This document shows positions 1 through 6,720 of a stretch of 11,157 nt of DNA, piece after piece. The DNA is from Vulcanimicrobiota bacterium (GTDB taxonomy: Bacteria; Vulcanimicrobiota; Vulcanimicrobiia; Vulcanimicrobiales; Vulcanimicrobiaceae), in NCBI GenBank assembly GCA_963733295.1, contig CAVTCS010000014.1:1-11157 (forward strand). The letters run 5' to 3'. Both the position numbers and the translations under genes were made by a program. The stretch's first letter is position 1. Each line of letters begins with the position of its first letter. The notes beneath the pieces are model-generated. The model searched no databases. It saw nothing but the letters and a program-made list of their open reading frames with translations, and was not told the DNA's origin.

Positions 1-284
1 CTCGACCTCGTTGCGCCGGGAAATTTTGTCCACGCGGTAGCGCTGCAACTCCCGCTCATCGCACCAAGCAAGCGTCCCGGTTGTCCGGCCCAGCGGAACT
101 GGGGAAAGAGGTTTGGAATCAAAGTCGTTCCGGCAATGAAGATCGCCCACAATTGGAGCGCCTGCGTGAACCGAAGCGACGCTGAAGCACGGCGAGCAAG
201 CTGTTCTGCGGTCGTCAGCACGCGGAGATCACGGCCAACGCTCTGTAGCAGGCGTGAGCTTTAACGTTGGCTACCGGCGGGAAT

Positions 285-705
285 CTACAAACGGCCGCCC
301 GCGGCCGTACATCCAAGTTTTGTGAGTTCCGACTCGGATACCGTTCGCACCGCCGCTATGGGGTGCGGTTCTGTCTGTAAGAAACCGGTCGCGACGATCT
401 GTCCGACGCGGAACGTATGAGGCGGAGCACCGGTAACGGTTTCTTCCAGCTGTGCCGTCTTGGAAGCATGGCAGCCCGCACGGGGAGGCAACGTACCCCG
501 AGGGTCACCGAGCCGCCTGATTGCGTGGACATCCGGATGATCTCGGCCAAGTTCTCGGGCACGATTTCAAACGAGTCTGCGTAAACGTCCGATGTTCCTT
601 CGGGATGCCGGCGCTGATTGAGACGATTGGCAAAGCGAGAACCAATAGTGCGCCAACGGCGGCAACCCGAACGCTGTCCTTGTAACTCCGTCGACGACGC
701 GTCAC
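285..705 (-). CDS. Exported or membrane-anchored hypothetical protein (~140 aa, reconstructed across two frameshifts)
   Basis: GTG start at 705 overlaps the upstream stop (GTGA, 702-705). The basic then hydrophobic N-terminus MTRRRRSYKDSVRVAAVGALLVLALPIVSISAG is signal-peptide-like. Adding one base in the run at 602-604 and one in the run at 482-485 joins ORFs 505..705, 356..562 and 285..491 into ...AGIPEGTSDVYADSFEIVPENLAEIIRMSTQSGGSVTLGVRCLPRAGCHASKTAQLEETVTG...KLGCTAAGGRL. Confidence 0.55.
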
Positions 706-1180
706 GTTTGGTTCAGTGCCGCCTGCGTTACTAATTGCTGAGCGATCGCTGCGGGGATGCTGGGTATCAGCGTCACGATGTCCGTGGCCGTATAGCCGCC
801 AGCGCCCCCGCTCAGTTTCTGCCAGGAGCCCGAGGTATTCGTCGCAATGATCGCGCCCCCCACGTTTCCACTATACCAGCATGCCTCGGCAAAATTTCCG
901 ACGATAGCGATACTCGATACCGTGGCCCACGGACGCGCGATGAGCGCCGTCAATTGCGACAAGTCGGTGCTCGTCGGGGGCCGCGGTGTCGGAGCCTGCG
1001 TCGGGGCCTGCGTGGGCGGTGCCGTCGGGCAGACCGGCGGACAGTTATAAAGAACAGCTGGAACAGCCTTTCTGAGGACTCAGAGCCAGCTGAGCTCGTT
1101 CCCGCACCGGCGAAGGCCAAAATGGAGAGCGCTAGCGCGAAGACAATGGCGCCAGCGATGTAATGCCGATCCGTTTTCAC
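702..1180 (-). CDS. Secreted protein with signal peptide, CPPVC and Pro/Thr linker, and small C-terminal domain (~159 aa, one frameshift)
   Basis: GAGGA Shine-Dalgarno, then GTG at 1180, 13 nt after the previous stop. Signal peptide MKTDRHYIAGAIVFALALSILAFAGAGTSSA. Adding one base to the run at 1069-1071 gives SEKAVPAVLYNCPPVCPTAPPTQAPTQAPTPRPPTSTDLSQLTALIARPW...WQKLSGGAGGYTATDIVTLIPSIPAAIAQQL, which is the frame of ORF 702..962. Confidence 0.7.
988..1011. repeat. 12-nt tandem repeat (2 copies) encoding the TQAP-TQAP linker
   Basis: gtcggagcctgc / gtcggggcctgc, one mismatch. It lies in the Pro/Thr linker of the 702..1180 gene. Confidence 0.7.
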
Positions 1181-1193
1181 TTTCAGCGTCCTC

Positions 1194-2041
1194 TCAATTA
1201 TGGTGGTAGAAAATCGGAGTGGTGGCTGGTAGGTTGTCGTCACTATTCGCAGCAGTCGTTCCCTCGGTCTCGACGGTGTCATCCCACGTGAACGTTCCGG
1301 GAGTGCTCGAATTCGAAATCATCCTATCGTTTCCCTCATAAATGCCGGCATGGGTTCCTCCGAGGTCGTCCTCAAGTACGACGATATCTCCCGGAACAGC
1401 ACTGCTTTGTGAAACCTGCGTATAACCGCTATACGGAAGGTTGGTCTGCAGGACCGAAACAAGATTCGTTCCGCCGGGTCCGGGACCGATCGGCGTAAGC
1501 CCGGCATTGATCAAGACCTGGTTCACCGCAGCCACGCACTCATTGCCAATCGACGCACCGTTGAGCCCTCTCGTGCTCGTCCCTTGAAGGCCTCCGCGGC
1601 TTGATAGATCTTTTGTGCATAGTTGCTCGGAGTCGCAGTCGGTTTAGGTTTCGGAGTCGGCGTCGGGGACCCGCCGCCGGAATCGCAAGCCAGGATGCTA
1701 CGGCCCTCTCGCGGCTTTCTCAACGTCTGCCGCTCTCCGTTACAACCGGTGTCGCTGCCGCCGCCGTCGCCGCCGCCGATGTCGTAACCACCGTCGCCAC
1801 CACCGTTGCCGCCTACGCAAACGTCGGCTGAGTTGCTGTCGTCGCAATCCTCACCTATCGTCAGCGGACGGAGTGAAGGCGGCCGGGCCGCTGGTGTGGC
1901 GACGATGTCAGGCAGCGCCTGATTTGTCCGGGCAACGCTTTGAGGCGCGTTCTGGGTGTTTGCCGGAAGGCTGGGAGAGCCTTGGGACGAGCACGCGGCG
2001 ATGATGAAGCATCCCGCGAGCAGCATCGCGACAGGTCGCAA
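1194..2041 (-). CDS. Lipoprotein with Gly/Asp/Cys-rich and Pro/Thr linkers and a C-terminal NlpC/P60 (CHAP-like) putative peptidoglycan amidase/endopeptidase domain (~282 aa, one frameshift)
   Basis: Lipobox-like signal MRPVAMLLAGCFIIAAC-SS. Adding one base to the run at 1581-1583 fuses ORF 1523..2041 to ORF 1194..1535, giving KIYQAAEAFKGTSTRGLNGASIGNECVAAVNQVLINAG...AVPGDIVVL...THAGIYEGNDRMISNSS. A Cys before a helix, PGDIV and HxGIY are hallmark NlpC/P60-superfamily motifs. Confidence 0.8.
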
Positions 2042-2043
2042 AT

Positions 2044-3019
2044 TTACGTTACTAATTTTCGGTTACCTCGCTGAGTGCTAAGTTCAATTGGCGGTGCGAA
2101 GCGGGGAAAGCGCATTTTGAAACGTTCGCCTATTTTAGCGGTGGCCAGTAACTGCTTGTCAGAAAAGACAGAGATATCCGCGGCGATCATCGTTACGGAA
2201 AACGATACGAGCCCCATCGTTAGGGCGATCCCGACGTGGAGACAAACGCCGACGAAGACCAAGTATGGTTTCAAGCGACCGTTCCACATTAGGAATGGAA
2301 ACGCCATCTGAAACGCAAGCGTGAAATACGTCAGCGCGGCAACTACCATGGCGTTATCGCTAACCAGACCAGACATCGTAGAAAACAACGAGAAATGCTC
2401 GGATTTCAACACGTAATACATTGCCGTCCCGTTACGCCAAGAGGGACCGGCCAATTTATAAAAGACTGCCCACGAGTACACCATGCAGATTTGCCAAGTG
2501 ATCAAGAAGTATGCCGAGTTATGCAGCATATTGCCAATCGCCGCCACAAACGGCAGCACGCGCAGCGCCCGCAATCGAAAAAGCACAAAGTAGCGAGATG
2601 TGTCGGCGAAACACAGCAAAAACGCCAGCAGGATCAGCAACGTGCGGCCACCGTCGAAATCGATCGCGATTCGCTGGACACCTGAATAGACGGAAACGAC
2701 AAACAAGCAAGATGTGAAGCGCGGAAACACGCCCAGGGTGAAAGCGACTGCTACGGCCAGCGAAGCAAAGAATAAAACGTCGCCGGACTGAGTCGTCGTC
2801 GCGTACTTGTACAGATCGGTCGGACTCGGGGGCGAAACCCGCAGATAATCGGGATAATCTAGTTGCCCGGCTGGCCCCCCACAAAATCGAACGTGTAGGT
2901 AAGTTGCGAATGTAGCTCACAACCATGATCGACCCGAGCGCAACACGAAGGAAAGCGGCGCCCGCAAGACCCCCCTTACGTAGGGCGTAATTTTCGAAAA
3001 AGCTCCGCACGCTTATCAC
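2044..3019 (-). CDS. HTTM-domain integral membrane protein, SdpB-like (~324 aa, one frameshift)
   Basis: GTG at 3019 overlaps the upstream stop (GTGA). Removing one base from the 6-base run at 2875-2880 joins the N-terminus (AFLRVALG...RSILWGPAG) to ORF 2044..2730. Motifs DGG, HN, QICMVY..AVFYKLAGPSWRNGTAMYYVL and HVGIALTMGLVSFS are typical of HTTM/SdpB proteins, and there are multiple TM helices. Confidence 0.88.
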
Positions 3020-3681
3020 AGGCTTGTCACGTGTGGAATCGGACGCCAGCCGAGTTGCACTTCCATCGCGGAGTCCATGGCTTTCGGTTTCTCGCCCGCA
3101 GACGGAATATCGCGTGAATCGACCTCGATCTCCATGGCTGTGAGATGTCGAGACCCGGCGTATGCGAGAAGAATCATCGCCGACGTACGTTCGAGGACCA
3201 CGCGTTGCTCAGAATTTGAGATTGCGTCGTGACGAGCGACGATCGTTTGGGCCGCGTGAAAGAGTCCCTCGGAAATCCGATCTACGCCGAGGCCCGCCTT
3301 CGCGCTTTCGTCAATGAAATAGAGCGACGCATCGTACCACGGCGTCGTCTTATTATCGACTGTACGGCCTCTGACGAGCACGTGGAGATTGGCGTTCGCA
3401 ACGTCGGGCGCGAAGAGCGACCAGCCTTGCCAGAGATGCGGTCCTCCGTATCGGTGCAAGACGGGCGAGAGGGCGTGTTTGATGGGATTGCTCGGCATAT
3501 TAACCAACAGCACCATCGACGCATGAAATCTTGTCAATGTCACTATCAACAGCAATGCAAGCACCATCAGGCAATGCTCGGAAACGCGCGTGAAGGCGGC
3601 GCTGCTCACGTCGCTCCGGAGCACGCCGTAAGCCCGAGGATACCGGTTCCGATCGTGACGTGCGAACAAGGTCAGCGCCAT
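3016..3681 (-). CDS. SdpA/DUF5819-like protein with an N-terminal TM segment
   Basis: Hydrophobic segment followed by H..MVLLVNMPSNPIK...YGGPHLWQGWSLFAPD...LVRGR...WYD, the QxWxLFAP signature of SdpA/DUF5819 proteins. It lies directly upstream of an HTTM gene. The start is uncertain: ATG 3681 (AGGGG SD), GTG 3609 (GGAG SD), or the ORF limit at 3750. Confidence 0.85.
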   Translation of the reverse strand: MALTLFARHDRNRYPRAYGVLRSDVSSAAFTRVSEHCLMVLALLLIVTLTRFHASMVLLVNMPSNPIKHALSPVLHRYGGPHLWQGWSLFAPDVANANLHVLVRGRTVDNKTTPWYDASLYFIDESAKAGLGVDRISEGLFHAAQTIVARHDAISNSEQRVVLERTSAMILLAYAGSRHLTAMEIEVDSRDIPSAGEKPKAMDSAMEVQLGWRPIPHVTSL

Positions 3682-3790
3682 GAGAGTCCCCTGGGAGCAC
3701 TTAAAATCGAACATACGTTGCCGCGCAGTGCGGGATGGGTCAGCAAACAATCGCCGCTCAGATAAACCTGTTATTCACCTGGGTCCGACG

Positions 3791-3819
3791 ACTATATTTT
3801 GAGTATTAGAACGTGCTAA
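3791..3819 (-). promoter_or_regulatory. Putative sigma70-type promoter of the sdpAB-like operon
   Basis: The minus strand reads TTAGCA-N17-TATAGT (4/6 and 5/6 consensus, canonical spacing) in an AT-rich patch about 110 nt upstream of ATG 3681. Confidence 0.5.
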
Positions 3820-4052
3820 ACGCCAGAGCCAAACTTCCCGACTCACTGCACTTTTCGCTCGATGACGGAGTGATAAACATTTCGGCGCGCGGCTCTCACT
3901 TCCAACGCGTTTAGAGATTGTCTCGCTCGCTCAAATTCATTCACGTGCTTCTTGAGTACGGTTTGTCGAGGCAACTCGAACGCAGACTCGGCCTGTAGGT
4001 CCGCTGCCCCTGGGAAAAGCGCCGGCAAAACGGGCCGAGCGCCTGAACCCGC

Positions 4053-4068
4053 CGTGACGAATGTCCCG
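4053..4068. promoter_or_regulatory. Imperfect copy of the 16-bp palindromic box (CGTGACGAATGTCCCG)
   Basis: 13/16 identity to the perfect palindrome at 6564-6579. It lies in the divergent region between the sdpAB-like operon and the TPR array. Confidence 0.5.
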
Positions 4069-4235
4069 CTGTCAGGAGCTCCGTAGGCGCTAGGAGGGAC
4101 AAACGGCCTGACATCGGATTTTGCGCAGGAGCCGTGTACTACCAGGACGGATGCTCGATCACGGCGCTCGTGGGTGTTCGTCAATCGTCCCGCACGTCAA
4201 CGAGTAGCTGTCTCTCGACCGAGGTCTCGGTTTAC

Positions 4236-4679
4236 GTGGTGCCAGCCCGCCAGCATCTAAACGATACTTTGGCATCCGGCGTCGATCAGCTGCGCCGACG
4301 CGCTTTCGCGTCCTGGGACAGCGGCCATATCGCGGTCTGTCTCCAACTGCTCGACCGAATTCCGTTCGCAGCACAAATGTCTGACACAATTCTGCTGCGC
4401 ACGAAGGCTCTTCTACAGTCGGGAGACACTCCGACCGCGGAACGCTGGCTTATCGAGACGTTGTCTCGCCATCGAGATCTTGCTTCAAAGGCTTCGGCAT
4501 TCACGCTTATCGGCGCGGCGCTGGTTGCTCTGGAATCATATGAACAAGCCGACCAGTGGTTCGAACTATCGGGTGTAATAAAGCTAGACGAATCGAGCGT
4601 AGCAGATGTTGCAGAATTAGCGGAGGTCACCGGTGGCCCCGTTTACTTCGGTCCTCGGGGAAGCTCGAGAGCGTGGTAA
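4236..4679 (+). CDS. Stand-alone TPR-like protein paralogous to the N-terminal domain of the LuxR regulator at 6721 (or a truncated remnant)
   Basis: WDSGHIAVCLQLLDRIPFAAQMSDTILLRTKALLQSGDTPTAERWLIETLSRHRDLASKASAFTLIG aligns without gaps to WDDGEVTFCLQLLDEIPFDAHVSETALLRARVLLHQGNSASAEVWLLDTLGRHSDAASKAIALALIG. Start placed at GTG 4236 after GAGG; the ORF is open from 4134. Confidence 0.75.
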   Translation: MVPARQHLNDTLASGVDQLRRRAFASWDSGHIAVCLQLLDRIPFAAQMSDTILLRTKALLQSGDTPTAERWLIETLSRHRDLASKASAFTLIGAALVALESYEQADQWFELSGVIKLDESSVADVAELAEVTGGPVYFGPRGSSRAW

Positions 4680-4716
4680 CGGGTTTCGCGGAACCGGCCT
4701 TAAGAGACGAAAGCCG

Positions 4717-6172
4717 GTGAAGTCTGTGCCCGTGTCGCAAGGAGGTCGTCGCGTCGCGTCGGCGCCACGTCCGCGTGGAGCCCTCGAGCGCAAACGCGCG
4801 ACTACCAAAAAGCGCGCAGAAACCTCAAATGTTTCCCTTGCGACGTGCGCGTACCGAGACTCAGAACTCGATCGCGCGATTTCCCTTATCGGAAAAGATC
4901 GGTCTCCGCAAGCTACGTTCCTCTTGGCCCGGACACTATCACGACTCGGGCGACCAAACGATGCGCTAGCTGAACTTACAGCGCTTCATGCGACTGCGCT
5001 CTCAGACCGGCAGAGAGCTGAGGCATGCATGCTCGAAGCGGCAATGCTAACGAGGCTATGCGACTTTGACAGAGCGCGAACTGCTCTGGCCAGAGCTATG
5101 TCGCTCGCACGTTCGGTTCGCCACTTGGAGCTCACGTTGGACTGCCGGTATTATATTAGTATATGGCACCTAGCAGAAAAACAAGTCGAAAATGCAATCG
5201 CGCAAAGCCTGAGGGCAATCCGGCTTGCCGAGACTTCGGACTTGCCGAAGGACACCTCTTATCTGTATTCGACGGATCTGATGGTATGTCGCCACTTAAC
5301 GAGCCTGTCGTGCGCCTATGGGGGACAGGGCGATTATGACAAATGGGCTTTCTTCGCGGAGGAATCGTTGCGGCGCTACGACCGTTCGTCGACGCGCGAC
5401 ACTTGGGCCGAGGCTCTGTTTCTAGTAAACATCGGACATGTTTTTCGCGACAGCGACTCTCCGAGTATCACGGATGAGCTCCTCGTCCGGGTAAGACACT
5501 TACCGAACTCCCCCCATCTGGAGCCCTACAGGCATTCTGTTTTGCGGAACGTCGCATTGAACAAAGCCAGTCGCGGGGATGTTCTGGGAGCGTGGCGCCT
5601 CTTATCGGAAACGAGTGAACTTTCTCTGACACCGGAACTCCAGATCTTGCTGTCAATGGATCGGGCGGCGCTCGCGACGGCGCTCCAAAACCCGAACCGC
5701 GCTGCCGCAGAGTTTGATGCTGCACGAGTATGCTTCCCGAGTCAACTGGGAGGCGGCGGCGTGGGACACGCGCTTAGCCCTTGTTTTTCTGGCGCGAACG
5801 ATGGCCTCCGCGAAGCCGAGGATCGCGCAAAATCTGCTGGACCGCTTTCGGTCGATTTCCTCGGACATGTCCGTCCTGACTGCGGCTCGCGTCGACCCGC
5901 GTGTGCGCGCCGAGATAGCGATGACCGAAGGTGTCGTAGCGGGTGCGAATAGTCGACGGGACGAGGCCATCAAGTTCTTGGCGGAAGCCCTCACCTTTTG
6001 GACCTGTTCGCGTATCTTTGAGCGCCAAGCGGCGGAAACTGCGATCCAGCTCTTCTCGATCTGCGGAGACGAACGTCTGCTCCAGCGCCCCGAGACCTGG
6101 GCGCACCTATATCCCCTCACCAAGATTGCAAGTCGACTTCGTCAGGTAAAGCAACGCACTGTACCTGTCTGA
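4717..6172 (+). CDS. TPR-like all-helical protein without HTH (~480 aa, frameshift near 5726)
   Basis: ORF 4633..5952 continues in ORF 5714..6172. The junction EFDAA(R)EYASRVNWE matches the paralog's DFDCALELASRVDWE. It shares LEL..DCRYY, YLYS, RD.D, RNVALNKASRGDVLGAWRLL and MTEG motifs with the 8377 and 9771 genes. Start uncertain (4717-4753). Confidence 0.8.
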
Positions 6173-6195
6173 AAGGTTCACACCCCCGTCAATTC

Positions 6196-6463
6196 ATGCG
6201 CCAGGTCGAATTGTGGTACTAGCGGCAGCACGCCGCGGCGCGAGATCGTGTTGGCCGGTGCCTCGGATCCGACGCTCAACGTGTACGCGGAGGTTTCGAG
6301 CGGCGACGACGCCGCCCGGTTGATCGGCGATATCGGTGAGAGAGATAGACACTTCGGCGCGGATCTCACTCCGACGCATTTACAGATAACCGCGCTAACC
6401 CAAACCGAGTCACGTGCTTCTAGCAACGGCTTTTTGGGCAAAACGAACGATCTTGCGGCGTGA
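6196..6463 (+). CDS. Small hypothetical protein (~70-90 aa, possible frameshift near 6219)
   Basis: ORF 6248..6463 fills the gap after the TPR gene. ATG 6196 (MRQVELWY) could join that frame (SGSTPRREIVLAGASDPTLNVYAEV...) through one indel. No family recognised. Confidence 0.35.
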
Positions 6464-6474
6464 TAAACGTCCCG
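6459..6474. promoter_or_regulatory. Imperfect copy of the 16-bp box (CGTGATAAACGTCCCG)
   Basis: 12/16 to the perfect palindrome and 13/16 to the 4053 copy. It starts 105 bp upstream of the perfect copy. Confidence 0.4.
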
Positions 6475-6563
6475 CGATCATCCAAAGAGATCATCAAGTC
6501 TTTCGCACTTTAACGATCTCCGCACGAAACGCGAGCCGACACGTGGGGAACTCGCGGGTGGGG

Positions 6564-6579
6564 CGGGACAATTGTCCCG
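6564..6579. promoter_or_regulatory. Perfect 16-bp palindrome CGGGACAATTGTCCCG, candidate operator
   Basis: Exactly self-complementary and intergenic, about 140 bp upstream of the TPR-LuxR gene. There is no loop or U-tract, so it looks like a protein-binding site. Confidence 0.65.
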
Positions 6580-6720
6580 TTTCTGCGGCTCGCGCCATCC
6601 GCGAGAAATACCGCTTGGGGAAAGCATGCAGGAGACCGTCCAAGGCATGACGGATTCCTGGCCGACCGCTGCCGGTCTGTGTTTCTAGTGCAACCGCTGG
6701 TTCTTACTCTCTAAGCGGAG

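Noticed and set aside
234..271. GCCAACG...CGTTGGC inverted repeat after the operon as a terminator
   Set aside because: Long poorly paired loop and no U-tract.
1..284. Open frames on both strands, e.g. minus-strand VGDLHCRND...AWCDERELQRYRVDKIFRRNEVE running off the edge
   Set aside because: Several frames are open and none has a recognisable motif or SD, so I cannot choose a gene.
735..1831. Plus-strand ORFs 735..1163, 847..1050 and 1601..1831 (the last has an Ala/Val/Thr-rich tail superficially like the SDP peptide)
   Set aside because: They are antisense shadows of the Pro/Thr and Gly-rich linkers of better-supported minus-strand genes, with no signal peptide or SD.
2875..2880. 6-base G/C run in the HTTM gene as a phase-variation switch
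   Set aside because: The tract is short and similar indels occur throughout the window, so sequencing error is more parsimonious.
2075..3765. Plus-strand ORFs 2075..2311, 2395..2685, 2511..2717 and 3229..3765
   Set aside because: Antisense to the SdpA-like and HTTM genes, which have clear family motifs.
3843..4184. 113-aa minus-strand ORF upstream of the sdpA-like gene as a candidate SdpC precursor
   Set aside because: No signal peptide or hydrophobic toxin core, and it overlaps the putative operator boxes. A small gene in its helical C-terminal half cannot be excluded.
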